NCBI GenBank assembly: GCA_000004985.1
Contig: GG738858.1
From: Naegleria gruberi
Lineage: Eukaryota
Strand: one strand, 5' to 3'
Length of the DNA: 64,000 nucleotides
The notes below the pieces were generated by a model, which worked only from the letters and a program-made list of their open reading frames with translations, had not been told where the DNA came from and did not search any database. Of this stretch, positions 12,867-25,155 are shown piece after piece. The position numbers were made by a program, and so were the translations under genes. Within the stretch, counting starts at the first letter, position 1; each line of letters opens with the position of its first letter.

Positions 12867-13159
12867 TTTTTTTTATTCGTATTGGAAGGAATTAGAGTTA
12901 GACCTCACGAATGATGGAAAGGCTTTCCGAAGGCTTTGACTTCAACAAAATAGCTGAATAATATTATTATTATTATGAATAATCTGGTTTATTATTAAAA
13001 CAATTTAGAGATTATTAGTATCTTGACAAAACTTGGTAACTCCCTCACCAAATGCTTCATTCAAAGTTGGTTTTTCAACTTTTAAATTACTAAATTTACC
13101 ATTTTTAATTTCTTCCATTGCTTTCTTTGATATTTTACAATTAGTAATAATTACACATG

Positions 13160-13513
13160 TTACATGTTCTTTGAATGATTTTTACTTAAACCTTTGCATG
13201 ATTCATCATCATCAGGTTGAACAATTGCCTTTTCAAATTTTTCATAAATTTTAGCAATATCATTACAATATAATGTTCTATTTATGGTTGTATATTTATA
13301 TTGAATAGCTATAATCTTTCCATTTTCAGTACATTGTATTGCATCAATTCCTTCCTGATTTACTTTACTTGATAATTGTAATATATTTGGAATGTATTGT
13401 TCTTTTTCTTTACAAATCTTTGTAACAACTCTAAATACTTCTTCAATAGTTAAATTATTATTATTATTATTATTAATATTTAAATTATTAATATTTAAAT
13501 TATTATTATTTAA

Positions 13514-13546
<33 letters not shown>

Positions 13547-14299
13547 ATTTAAATCTTGTAAAGTAATTTGATTATTATTTTCTTTTAAACAAATTAATTT
13601 TGCTTGTGTAAGAAGTGTTTCTGTTATTTCAAATGGTTTAAAAGCAAGTGAAGAATGATGTTCAGTAAAATATGCCAATATATTATATTTTTGATATAAT
13701 TTACTTTTAAATTCATTTTTAATATCAAAATTTTTAATAAAATATTTAAATAAACAACTTGTAAATATTTTTGGTAATTTATATGTATTTGAATGTTCAT
13801 CAATTGTACAATATTGTAATAATTCAATTGGTATTTCAACATTTAATAATCTATCACATAATTTAATATTAAATATTGAACTTAATAATTTAATAATTAC
13901 ATCTTTAGATAAATTTAATTGAATAATTTCACTGTATAAAATATCATTTAGATTTGTTATTAATGATGAAAATCTTGGACTATATTCATAATCATCTTCA
14001 TTTAAATATTTAAATGATTCATTATTTATTAATATTTTTACTATTTTAGGATGAACTACATCTCCTAATAAGGAATGTAAACGATTGAATATTGATGGTT
14101 TAATATTTAATAATAGACTATCTATTTTAATTGATGATTTGATAGTACTACTATATTGAATAGTATTTATATTATTATTATTAATATTACAAAAATATTT
14201 AATATTTAAAATATTATTATGAGATTTAATAAATCTAAAAGATGATGATGCTGATGCTGATGATTTAATAACAGTATTAATATATAATCTAGATAACAT
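13160..14299 (-). CDS. Hypothetical protein (379 aa) with an N-terminal mitochondrial-presequence-like segment ('MLSRLYINTVIKSSASASSSFRFIKS') and an internal Asn/Leu low-complexity region. A further 3' exon at about 13037-13139 is possible.
   Basis: Intact ORF. Minus-strand 'gtttaagt' follows the last sense codon, and there is a downstream in-frame segment 'KAMEEIKNGKFSNLKVEKPTLNEAFGEGVTKFCQDTNNL*'. Confidence 0.5.
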
Positions 14300-14755
14300 A
14301 TTGTTTTTGATAATGAATTAATAGAATTACATCTCAATAGTGTTGATTATTAAGGTTTTAAATGTGACATCAAATGATGATGATGTGATGGATGAAAATA
14401 TTAAGGTGATAATGATATGGTGATGGTGGTGGTGTGTTACTATGAACAATTGTACATCACATCATCAATAGAGTGTGAATATGACTAGTAGATTTAAATA
14501 CAACACCACTATCATTATCATCATCATTATTATTTTGTTGATATCAATTAATTGTTATTCATATAATATTTAATAATAATAATATTAATTAGTATTATTA
14601 TGTAATATTTGGTTTAAAAGCACAGGCTGACTTTGCTTTCAAACATTAGTAGTAATAATCCACATTGGATTTTGTGTTTAATATTGTGAATATTTTGTTC
14701 AACAAATTAACTGATGATTTTCAAAATAATAATAATAGCTGAATAATTGAATAAA

Positions 14756-15787
14756 ATGTCACCAGCAGTTTCATCAAATAAGAGTAGTAGACATCAACAA
14801 CAACAACAACGAGGAAGTAGTGGAGTAGTAAATCAATCCCAAATAGCCTCCAAATCATCATCATCAACACAACAAAAACCAATTAAATTATTACCAATTT
14901 TACAACAAGCATCAGAGGCTTCTAACAACAAGCCTTCCTCTAACAAAAAGCCTTCTTCAATAATTGAAGAACAACAAAACAAGGCTAGTTTAGTATCGGA
15001 GCCTAAAATTATTAAATTTTCCTCTCTAGTCAATTTAGAATCTATTAAAAATCCATATGATATTGCATCATCCAATCATGATAATAATATAAATTTTAAT
15101 AACAAACATTCATCATTAGATGGTAAAGAAAAACAAATAGCCTTAACAATACGTGAAAAGAAGGAATTGAAACAATTAGAACATTCCAAATATATGGAAA
15201 AATTAAAAGAATATTCTCAAGATATTAAACATACACGTAAAGGTGAAGCCTTTGATATTGAAAATAATAGATATATATCTAGAAAGAATGAATTACAAAA
15301 AGAAATGGATCAATTAACATTTGAAATGAAAAAATTTGTCTATGATCAAACATTTAACAAATCCCAAAATGGAAATATGGTTACAAATCAAGAATTATCA
15401 GAAAAACAAAAATTTAAAATTAAACAAATGATGAAAGAAGAATATAGACAACAAGGTAAAGATGTATCTTCTTTAAATGAAAAGTCTAAATATGTTAATT
15501 ATAAAGAATTTAAACAAGAAAAACAAAAAGAATTAAAAATGGAAAGAATTGAAACTAGAGAAATGATTAAAAATGGAATTTTAGATAAAAAACAATTAAG
15601 AAAAAAGAGATTAATGGAACAACAACGTAAATCTTCACAAACTAGAAAATTTTATGCTAAACATGGTGCTCCTAATGAAATTGGTGTTGCTGCTATTAAA
15701 TCTAAATATGGTAAAGGTGGTGCTGTTGGTAAATGGAAAGGTGGTATGTTACATATTAGGAAGGAAGATTTATATACTTTAAAATAA
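14756..15787 (+). CDS. Lys/Glu-rich hypothetical protein, possibly nucleolar or ribosome-biogenesis-like. About 343 aa.
   Basis: The ORF-track start at 14747 is a TTG; the first ATG is 14756 (MSPAVSS...). Charged coiled-coil-like body. C-terminal tail 'FYAKHGAPNEIGVAAIKSKYGKGGAVGKWKGGMLHIRKEDLYTLK'. Confidence 0.55.
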   Translation: MSPAVSSNKSSRHQQQQQRGSSGVVNQSQIASKSSSSTQQKPIKLLPILQQASEASNNKPSSNKKPSSIIEEQQNKASLVSEPKIIKFSSLVNLESIKNPYDIASSNHDNNINFNNKHSSLDGKEKQIALTIREKKELKQLEHSKYMEKLKEYSQDIKHTRKGEAFDIENNRYISRKNELQKEMDQLTFEMKKFVYDQTFNKSQNGNMVTNQELSEKQKFKIKQMMKEEYRQQGKDVSSLNEKSKYVNYKEFKQEKQKELKMERIETREMIKNGILDKKQLRKKRLMEQQRKSSQTRKFYAKHGAPNEIGVAAIKSKYGKGGAVGKWKGGMLHIRKEDLYTLK

Positions 15788-15953
15788 ATATTTTTATTAT
15801 TTATTTTATTTAATTTAATATTTTATTTAATTATATTATATTATATTATTATAATTTATTTTTTATTTAATAATTCTAATAATTGTTCTTGTTTGTTTTT
15901 TAATAATTCCTTTCTCTTTCTCTTCATAATTTTAACATTATCTTTATAAATTG

Positions 15954-16181
15954 TTAATTTCTTTGAATTATCTTTTTTAACTTTATCTGCAAGTGATTGT
16001 TTTTCATGTTTCTTTTCATCTCTTTTTTTTCTTCTTTCTAATTTTGATTGTTTCTTTTTATCAGATATTTCCTGTATTGAAGAAGAATCCGATGATGATT
16101 GTTCTGTTTGTTGATTTATTTCAATTGATTGTCTATATTCATCAAAGAGACGAAGTTGAAATTCTAAAAGTGATTTACTCA
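15954..16181 (-). CDS. 3' end of a gene whose body lies in the 16182-17230 gap. The C-terminal fragment is Lys-rich.
   Basis: Minus-strand ORF reading '...SKSLLEFQLRLFDEYRQSIEINQQTEQSSSDSSSIQEISDKKKQSKLERRKKEMKRN...*' and running into the N run. Stop (tta on plus) at 15954-15956. Confidence 0.35.
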
Positions 16182-17346
16182 NNNNNNNNNNNNNNNNNNN
16201 NNNNNNNNNNNNNNNNNNNNNNNNNNNNNNNNNNNNNNNNNNNNNNNNNNNNNNNNNNNNNNNNNNNNNNNNNNNNNNNNNNNNNNNNNNNNNNNNNNNN
16301 NNNNNNNNNNNNNNNNNNNNNNNNNNNNNNNNNNNNNNNNNNNNNNNNNNNNNNNNNNNNNNNNNNNNNNNNNNNNNNNNNNNNNNNNNNNNNNNNNNNN
16401 NNNNNNNNNNNNNNNNNNNNNNNNNNNNNNNNNNNNNNNNNNNNNNNNNNNNNNNNNNNNNNNNNNNNNNNNNNNNNNNNNNNNNNNNNNNNNNNNNNNN
16501 NNNNNNNNNNNNNNNNNNNNNNNNNNNNNNNNNNNNNNNNNNNNNNNNNNNNNNNNNNNNNNNNNNNNNNNNNNNNNNNNNNNNNNNNNNNNNNNNNNNN
16601 NNNNNNNNNNNNNNNNNNNNNNNNNNNNNNNNNNNNNNNNNNNNNNNNNNNNNNNNNNNNNNNNNNNNNNNNNNNNNNNNNNNNNNNNNNNNNNNNNNNN
16701 NNNNNNNNNNNNNNNNNNNNNNNNNNNNNNNNNNNNNNNNNNNNNNNNNNNNNNNNNNNNNNNNNNNNNNNNNNNNNNNNNNNNNNNNNNNNNNNNNNNN
16801 NNNNNNNNNNNNNNNNNNNNNNNNNNNNNNNNNNNNNNNNNNNNNNNNNNNNNNNNNNNNNNNNNNNNNNNNNNNNNNNNNNNNNNNNNNNNNNNNNNNN
16901 NNNNNNNNNNNNNNNNNNNNNNNNNNNNNNNNNNNNNNNNNNNNNNNNNNNNNNNNNNNNNNNNNNNNNNNNNNNNNNNNNNNNNNNNNNNNNNNNNNNN
17001 NNNNNNNNNNNNNNNNNNNNNNNNNNNNNNNNNNNNNNNNNNNNNNNNNNNNNNNNNNNNNNNNNNNNNNNNNNNNNNNNNNNNNNNNNNNNNNNNNNNN
17101 NNNNNNNNNNNNNNNNNNNNNNNNNNNNNNNNNNNNNNNNNNNNNNNNNNNNNNNNNNNNNNNNNNNNNNNNNNNNNNNNNNNNNNNNNNNNNNNNNNNN
17201 NNNNNNNNNNNNNNNNNNNNNNNNNNNNNNTTGCAATATATTCCAAAAAATTAATAAAAATATTTTTTATTTTAATAATATATATAAAAATGGATACAAA
17301 ATTAAATAGTAAATACTACATTAAATTAATAATTATATCATTTAAA

Positions 17347-18265
17347 TTACTTCTTCTTCTTCTTCTTTGCAGCAAGAGCAGCAGCAGCACCACTAACACC
17401 ACTTCCACTTCCAACACCACGTACTTGTTCAGGAGTTAATAAGGTTTTTTGTCCCTTTTTGTGAAGAACTGATTTTTGAGCTTCAACATCTGATGAACCT
17501 TGATGTCCAAATCCCATCAAATTACCTGAATGTTTCTTCTTTGTTTCCCATCTTGATTTAAATGTTTCACTTTGTTCATTTAACATACTATGAATTGGAA
17601 GTTTGTTTCTTCTCTTCTTTCTTTGTTTCTTCTTTTCTTCTCTATTCAATGCATCAGCTTGTCTATTACCACCACCCATTGTTGTTGATGATGATGTCTT
17701 GTTAGATGATGATGATGAATTAATAGATTGAATATCAATTTTACTAATAGAAAGTGTAGAAGTATTAGAAGAAGAAGTAATATTAGATGAAGAAGTAATA
17801 TTTGAAATAATTGATGAAGTCTTTTCAATTTCATCAATATTCTTCTTAATGGATGTAGAAGATGTGAAGATTGTAAATCTTTACAATATTTCTCAGCAGA
17901 ATCAATATCATAAAAAGACATGGCTTCAATTAAACCAGCAGTGTGAAGTGAAACATTTTTAGAATCTAATTTAATTAACATTTCAAAAGTAGATGCAGCT
18001 TGTTCATATTTTTTAAATTGTAATTGTAATTTAGCTAATTCATTTGCCATTTCAATTAAATCTTCCTTTTTAGATGAAGATGATAATTTTTTAATGACTT
18101 GTTGTAACATTTCCAATGCAGAATTCATATCATCAATTTTCATATAAAGTGCAATAATTAAACTTTGAATTGATTTTTCATTAATTAATTTAGATTCTTT
18201 TAATAATTCAATACATTCTTTATATTTACCTTGTTGTAAATATAATTGTACAAGTACTAATTCTA

Positions 18266-18296
<31 letters not shown>

Positions 18297-19878
18297 GTAT
18301 TATTATTAGTATTACTAGTATTAGTATTATTATTATTATTGTTAATATTTTTAATATAATTTTTTAATAATTGAATAGATTGATCAAATTTCTTTTGTTT
18401 AAAATATAAATGTGATAAAATTAAAGTTGGAATTTCTGAATTATTATACTAAATAAATTAAATAATTCATTTTGAATAATTTTTTCACATTCATCAAATT
18501 TACCTAAATGTAATTGTAATAAACAATTATTTAAAGTAACACCTCTAATTTGTTCAGTTGTTAATTTACCTTGTAATTTATCTTGATAAGCATGTTTTAA
18601 TTTCTTTTGAGCTTCCAAATCAAAATGTGTTGTATTACCATTATTAGAATTACTATTATTAGTAGTTACATCTAAAATAGCAACAAGATTATTAGCAGCA
18701 ACTGCACCTGCAACTGTATCTTTAGATTGTGTAAAAACTTGTTCAAATAATTTTTTAGAAACATCAACTTGTCCATTTAAATATTTAACATAAGCTAATT
18801 GTACTAAAATGGAAGAAATTTCATTTGTATCTTCAATTTTACATAATTTTTGTGCAAATTCTAAATATTTCTCAGCTTGTTCATAATCTTTTAATCCAAT
18901 AGATNNNNNNNNNNNNNNNNNNNNNNNNNNNNNNNNNNNNNNNNNNNNNNNNNNNNNNNNNNNNNNNNNNNNNNNNNNNNNNNNNNNNNNNNNNNNNNNN
19001 NNNNNNNNNNNNNNNNNNNNNNNNNNNNNNNNNNNNNNNNNNNNNNNNNNNNNNNNNNNNNNNNNNNNNNNNNNNNNNNNNNNNNNNNNNNNNNNNNNNN
19101 NNNNNNNNNNNNNNNNNNNNNNNNNNNNNNNNNNNNNNNNNNNNNNNNNNNNNNNNNNNNNNNNNNNNNNNNNNNNNNNNNNNNNNNNNNNNNNNNNNNN
19201 NNNNNNNNNNNNNNNNNNNNNNNNNNNNNNNNNNNNNNNNNNNNNNNNNNNNNNNNNNNNNNNNNNNNNNNNNNNNNNNNNNNNNNNNNNNNNNNNNNNN
19301 NNNNNNNNNNNNNNNNNNNNNNNNNNNNNNNNNNNNNNNNNNNNNNNNNNNNNNNNNNNNNNNNNNNNNNNNNNNNNNNNNNNNNNNNNNNNNNNNNNNN
19401 NNNNNNNNNNNNNNNNNNNNNNNNNNNNNNGCTAATAATAATTCATTAGTATTATTTAATTCATTTCTATTAGATTGAATAATTTTCAAGGCTTCCTCTG
19501 CTTTATTTAATCTATACAAGGAATAAATCTTTTGAAAATTAGTGGATTGCAAATTTTCAATAACCTTGTTAAATTCTCCTTTTTGAATTTGATTAACAAT
19601 TTTTAATTGTTTTAATTGATTATTATTCTTATCATTGGATAATACTATTATTATTATTATATGATGAAGATGATCAAGATGGTAATGTTGATGATTAATA
19701 TGAAAGACGGAGAAGAAGATTAATACAGATAAGATTAAAATGATGATGAATATATATTCAACTACTACTAATATAACAACATACACTTTTCCAATGTAGA
19801 ATGAATTAAATCTTCATCTTCATCTTCGATGGCTTGTTTTAATTGTTGATAATTGGACAAGAGATTCTTTGGTGCCAT
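17347..19878 (-). CDS. Signal recognition particle 72-kDa subunit (SRP72) homologue. Multi-exon, interrupted by gap 18905-19430.
   Basis: N-terminal exon 'MAPKNLLSNYQQLKQAIEDEDEDLIHSTLEK' (ATG at 19876-19878) followed by minus-strand gtgtatgt. TPR-region match 'FQKIYSLYRLNKAEEALKIIQS' vs human SRP72 'FEKAYCEYRLNRIENALKTIES'. Ser-rich linker and basic C-terminus '...EEKKKQRKKRRNKLPIHS...FKSRWETKKK...AAKKKKKK*', matching the SRP72 'KKKKKGKLPKNYDP...PERWLP' tail. One frame discontinuity near 17860-17900. Confidence 0.6.
18266..18345. repeat. (TTA)n / (ATT)n trinucleotide microsatellite degenerating into tta/gta variants.
   Basis: 'attattattattattattattattattatagtattattattagtattactagtattagtattattattattatt'. 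Confidence 0.9.
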
Positions 19879-20521
19879 TGAATTTTTTTTTAATTTTAGA
19901 ATTATTTTAAAGCCTTGAAATTCTCACTGTGTCTTCTTCATGCTGATGACATCATCACACAACAAGCCTTTTTATTCTTATTCTTTTCTTGAGAATAAAA
20001 TTTAGGAAGAAGAATTAAAAAGGCTTGTTGATACTACAAGACTAATGTATCACATAATGCTCTTTGTATCATAATAATAATAAATCCAACATTGATCGAT
20101 CAATGAAAATTTAGTCTTCATCAATATTGTTTTCACCAGGTTGAAAAGTAAAATTCCTTCCAATTCAAAGATAAGTGATGGAAACTTTCCTTCACGAATA
20201 ATAACAAACTAACAATTAGCCTCTTCAACTTACCATTAGACCAATAACAATAATATGAAGAATGAACAACACAATGAATACAAACGCTCCCAATCTTTCA
20301 TCAATCAAATGTCATCTACACAAAAAAAATATTTCATCTCCTCCAACGTTAGTTTGTGTGCTGCTGTGAGGTTTTCAAAAGGCTTTTAAAAAACAAACAA
20401 CAACAACATTTACTCAATAGTAGTAAAAAACCATCAATAATAATAGTAATAATATTATATAACATAATATATTTACACACACACATAAATATAATTGTAA
20501 ACAACAATATAGTAGAAAAAC

Positions 20522-21481
20522 ATGACTGACGACGATTCACAAGAAGAAGGAAATTACGATCAAATTAAATGTGTTGTTGTAGGTGATGGTGCTGTTGGTA
20601 AAACATGTAGGTTTTAAAATTCCCGCGCTTTTAATCATCTTTTTAAACTTTGTAAAATAATAATAATAATAATTACTGATAGGTTTATTATTATCATATA
20701 GTAATAATGAATTTCCAGATGGTATGTATTTCTATTTAATTAAGTATCATTGAATGTGATAATGATGATGATAATGATGATTATTGTTATTGTTATTAAT
20801 TAATTAATTTAGAATATATTCCAACTATTTGTGACAATTATAGTAGTAATGTTGAATATAAAGGACATACTGTATCATTGGCACTGTGGGATACAGCTGG
20901 ACAAGAAGGTATTTATTTTACAATAATTGTAATCTCTTTAACATCATTATTTTAACATGTATTAATTCATAATAATATTCATGATAACAAAATAACATAA
21001 CAAAATAATATAACATAACAACATAATAGAATATGATCAATTACGTCCATTATCATATCCAGATACAAATGTATTTTTGGTTTGTTTTTCAGTTGTCAAT
21101 CCATCATCATTAGAAAATGTTAAAAGTAAATGGGTACCTGAATTGAAACAATCATGTCCAGATACACCCATTGTTCTAGTTGGATCTAAAATTGATTTAA
21201 GAAATGATCCAGAACAAAAAAGGAAACTCCAACAAAAAGCTTCACAACCTCTAACTGAAAAAGAAGGAGAACAAATGAAAGTAGAAATTGGTGCTAATTT
21301 CTATAGAGAATGTTCAGCAAAGACAATGGAAGGACTTGCAGATGTATTCGAATGTGTCATTGAGGCACATTATCAACATTTATTATCAAAGAAGGATACT
21401 GAAAGTTCAAATAATCAAAATTCTAAATCTGGTAAAAAAGGTGGAAAAGATAAGAAAAAGAAAGATTGTTTAATCATGTAA
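20522..21481 (+). CDS. Rac/Rho-family small GTPase with CaaX box. Four exons: 20522-20606, 20683-20721, 20813-20908, 21030-21481.
   Basis: Spliced product '[114 protein letters not shown]...LVGSKIDLR...CLIM*'. Introns carry GT..AG with gtaggt/gtatgt/gtattt donors. The P-loop, switch II DTAGQE and the C-terminal polybasic run plus CLIM all point to Rac/Rho. Confidence 0.85.
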
Positions 21482-21654
21482 TATTTAATACATTTTAATA
21501 TATTTTAATATTTAAAATAATTGTTTTTTTTAGTGTTTTTAAAAATCATTGTTGTAATCCATGATGAATTAATATGAGTGAAACTTTGCCAAGTCAATGT
21601 TGATGAGTCATAAAATGTTTCATGTGAAAGCAAACTTTCAAAAAGAGAAGGAAA

Positions 21655-21670
21655 GGGGATCCTCTAGAGT
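21655..21670. other. Cloning-vector polylinker remnant (pUC-type MCS: SmaI half-site, BamHI, XbaI) directly abutting an assembly gap.
   Basis: 'GGGGATCCTCTAGAGT' matches pUC18/19 '...CCCGGGGATCCTCTAGAGTCGAC...' and begins exactly at the SmaI blunt half-site, the classic shotgun-insert junction. Confidence 0.65.
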
Positions 21671-22048
21671 NNNNNNNNNNNNNNNNNNNNNNNNNNNNNN
21701 NNNNNNNNNNNNNNNNNNNNNNNNNNNNNNNNNNNNNNNNNNNNNNNNNNNNNNNNNNNNNNNNNNNNNNNNNNNNNNNNNNNNNNNNNNNNNNNNNNNN
21801 NNNNNNNNNNNNNNNNNNNNNNNNNNNNNNNNNNNNNNNNNNNNNNNNNNNNNNNNNNNNNNNNNNNNNNNNNNNNNNNNNNNNNNNNNNNNNNNNNNNN
21901 NNNNNNNNNNNNNNNNNNNNNNNNNNNNNNNNNNNNNNNNNNNNNNNNNNNNNNNNNNNNNNNNNNNNNNNNNNNNNNNNNNNNNNNNNNNNNNNNNNNN
22001 NNNNNNNNNNNNNNNNNNNNNNNNNNNNNNNNNNNNNNNNNNNNNNNN

Positions 22049-24127
22049 TCTTTTATGATTTGATTTAAAATTTAAATTTAAAGAAAATAAATCTTCACTT
22101 TTTAAAATTTTAGAATTTCCATTTTTAATTAAAATATTTTTCATTGTTAAAGGTAAAATTAAATTTTTTAATTCATTTAAATTTAAATTTAAATTTTCTA
22201 AAATTTCAAAACATTTAATTTCCAAATTAGTATTAAATAATAATAAAATTAAACATTGATATTCATTTACATGTAAATCATATTCACTTCCAAATCTGGC
22301 AATTAATTGACATGTACCAAGTGAATGTATCCATTTTAATATTCTATTTTGAGTAATTGAATTATAAAAATTTAAAAATAAATTTAAACAATTATTAAAT
22401 TCATTTGGTAATTTTAATTTTAAATTTAATTGAATATAAATGGAAGGCCAAATTCCATTTGTTAAAATTTGTGGATTAAATTCTATTTTATTATTATCAT
22501 TAGTTATATTATTATTTCCATTTATATTATTAATTAAATAATTTTTAAATTTAAATTTTAATTCATTTGAATTATTTAAATCTTTAATCATTCCTTCTAA
22601 TTTAAAAGTAAATGAATTTCCCATTTTTAATTTTAATTTATAAATTAATTGTTTTTCCAATTCAATTTCTTGATTTTTAATTAATTTTTTACATAAAAAT
22701 CTTTTAAAAAATTCTAAAAATAAATCTTTATCATTTAAATAGGAAAATAATAATAAAATATTTTCAATATTTAAATTAAATTCAAAATATTTAACTAGAA
22801 TTTCAGGAAAATCTAAATTTTCATTTACTAAATTTGTAAATGACTGAAATAAAAATTGTTGAAAATAAAAATTATCTTTAAATTCAAATTTAATTAAATT
22901 ACTAAATTTAGTATTTAATTTTAATAAATTTGTAATATATTCATTTGAATCATTTTTAATTAATTCTTTTCCTTCTTTAATTATTACTTGTTTCATTGAA
23001 TTTGCTAATTTTGGTAATTCATTTACAATTTCAAATAATTTAAATAAGATTTTTAATTCTTTAATATTAAAATTATTAAATATTTCAATTGATTCTAATA
23101 ATAAAATTTCTAAATTATTTAAAATTAATTCTTGATTTAAATTTTTAAATAATTTTTTAATGGTTGAATTTGGAAAGAAAAAGGAATTTTTATCTTCAAA
23201 AATTAAAATATTTTCAATTTCTTTAAATAAATAATTATTTTCTAATTTCCATTTTTGATTTAATTGTTTAAAATATAAATTTGATAAATTTAAAAATTCA
23301 TTTTCAAAATCCAAGTAAATTGAATTTTCCTTATATAGATTTAATTCATTTGATAATTCAATTAAATATAAAATTCCATTTTTTAATAAATTTTCATTAA
23401 TAATTTCAAAATTTCTTTTTTTTTCATATTTTTCCAAAATTAATTTAGAAAAATTATTTTTAATTTCCAAATAAATAATTTTAAAATAATTTTCAATTGC
23501 AATTTGTTTTAAATTTGATTTTTGAAATTGTTCTATAAAAGATCTTTCAATGTAATTAAATAATTTTGTAAAATATTTAATAATAATTAAATAATCTTTC
23601 CATTTTTGTATACATTGATTTAAAAATAAATCTCCATTTAAATTTTTTAATTGATTTAAATTATTATTTAAAAATTTTATAATAATTTTTTCATATTTAA
23701 TATAAATTAATTCTTTTGAAATTTCTAAATTTAAACATAAATTATAAATGGATGAATAAATAATTAAATAGTCTTGACTTGATGAATTTAAATTTTCTAA
23801 AAATTGTAAAATTCCTTTTTTAATTATTTTCCATTGTTTTTTAAATAATTCATATTCATCATTGTTATTATTATCACTACTAGATGAATTATTTGAAATA
23901 CTATTGAAAAGTTTAATTTTCTTTTCTTGATGAATAAATTCATTACTTGTTGATTCAAAAGTTGATGATTGTAATAAATTAGAGTTGACTTGATGATGAT
24001 CGGAATGTGATGGTGATGATAAGGAACATGATGACAATGTATTATTGATAGTATCCTCATCATCATCTAAACAAGAAGATAATTGACAAGATTTTCGTTT
24101 TTTAGGAACATTTCTTCTGAAATTCAT
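22049..24127 (-). CDS. Cullin-family protein. The N-terminal and central part is present; the C-terminal winged-helix/neddylation end is lost in gap 21671-22048.
   Basis: ATG at 24125-24127. Cullin-repeat signature at the N-terminus ('WKIIKKGILQFLENLNSS...YLIIYSSIYNLCLN'). Cullin-homology region '...NYLINNINGN...LNLFLNFYNSITQNRILKWIHSLGTCQLIARFGSEYDLHVNEYQCLILLLFN...'. The ORF track's terminal '...TLEDPLSFSF' is vector-derived. Confidence 0.75.
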
Positions 24128-24220
24128 TTTTTATGTATTGGAAATTATTTACAATTCATCTCTTTCAATGACATTTAAATATCACCAAATGATGATGATG
24201 ATGATAAACAAGGATGAGAT

Positions 24221-25060
24221 TTAATTTGTTTGTAACTTATTTTTCAATTGTTCAATTTCTGATTGTAATTGTAAAACTTCTTCTTCATGAGTTTGTTGCA
24301 TCACTTCACGTAAATGTTTATCTGCTTGTTTTTGTAAATTTAATTGATTTTCAAAATCAGATTTCATCATTTCCTTTTCTTTTGCTAATGAAAGAATCTT
24401 ATTTCTAAATACATTTTTAGTAGTTTCTAAAATTGTTATTTGTTGTTTCAATGAATCAATTGTTAATCTAGTATCACTATTAATACTCAATGTATTATAC
24501 ATTAATTGATAATATGTTTTATCATTAGTTAATTCTATAATTTCATTTTCTAATATTTTAATCTTTTCCAAATATGGTTGAATAATTGCTTCTTCTTCAA
24601 CTATTTCATATTGAATAATTGTATTTTGTGTACTAGTTGTTTCGAGTACTGGTTGTATTATAGTGTTAGTAATAGTAGTAGATGTTGTATTAATTGTTTG
24701 ATCTAAAAGTATTGTTGGTGAATTAATAGGTGATGATGAATTAACTCGATTAACTTTAAAAGTTTGATCTTCAAAGATGGCAAATTTCTTCTTCTTTGAT
24801 GGACTTTTATATTGACCGGATGGTGGTGGTGATATAGTAGTGGATTGTAATTTTCTCTTCAGATCAAGTTTGTTCGAAGGCTTTAAAGAAAATTCCTTCT
24901 TCATAGGCTTTGAATTTTGTTGTTGTTGTGACTTGAGTCCTGTTGGCGTGATATTTTCCTTATCAATGATGGTGGTTTTCTTATTGGCGAGTTGAAGACT
25001 AGTGCCTCTCATTGTGGCCATTAGAGGATTAGTTGGTTGGAGGGCTTGTTGTTGAGACAT
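24221..25060 (-). CDS. Hypothetical coiled-coil protein (279 aa) with N-terminal KEN motif ('DKENITP') and a Ser/Thr/Gln-rich middle.
   Basis: Intact ORF with ATG at 25058-25060. C-terminal 110 aa are heptad-like (…LQLQSEIEQLKNKLQTN). Transcribed divergently from the CH-domain gene at 25156. Confidence 0.5.
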   Translation of the reverse strand: MSQQQALQPTNPLMATMRGTSLQLANKKTTIIDKENITPTGLKSQQQQNSKPMKKEFSLKPSNKLDLKRKLQSTTISPPPSGQYKSPSKKKKFAIFEDQTFKVNRVNSSSPINSPTILLDQTINTTSTTITNTIIQPVLETTSTQNTIIQYEIVEEEAIIQPYLEKIKILENEIIELTNDKTYYQLMYNTLSINSDTRLTIDSLKQQITILETTKNVFRNKILSLAKEKEMMKSDFENQLNLQKQADKHLREVMQQTHEEEVLQLQSEIEQLKNKLQTN

Positions 25061-25155
25061 TTTTTTATCTGTGATATTAAATTGATTATTTTTTGAAATT
25101 ATTTAACGTTAGATTTTGGCGGCAAGTTTAACCGCTTAAAATAACTACAAAAAAA

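Noticed and set aside
14747-14755. ORF-track start codons at 14747, 58953, 38845 and similar
   Set aside because: These are TTG/GTG alternative starts used by the ORF caller. For eukaryotic genes I moved starts to the first in-frame ATG (14756, 58956, about 38824).
15993-17309. ORFs 15993-17309(+), 16175-17236(-) and 16179-17246(-) composed almost entirely of X
   Set aside because: They run through the 16182-17230 N gap and are artefacts of translating Ns.
21540-21670. Apparent C-terminus of the cullin ORF ('...RGSSR'/'TLEDPLSFSF') and the 21597-22058(+) ORF
   Set aside because: The last residues derive from the vector polylinker and from Ns. The true cullin C-terminus lies in the gap.
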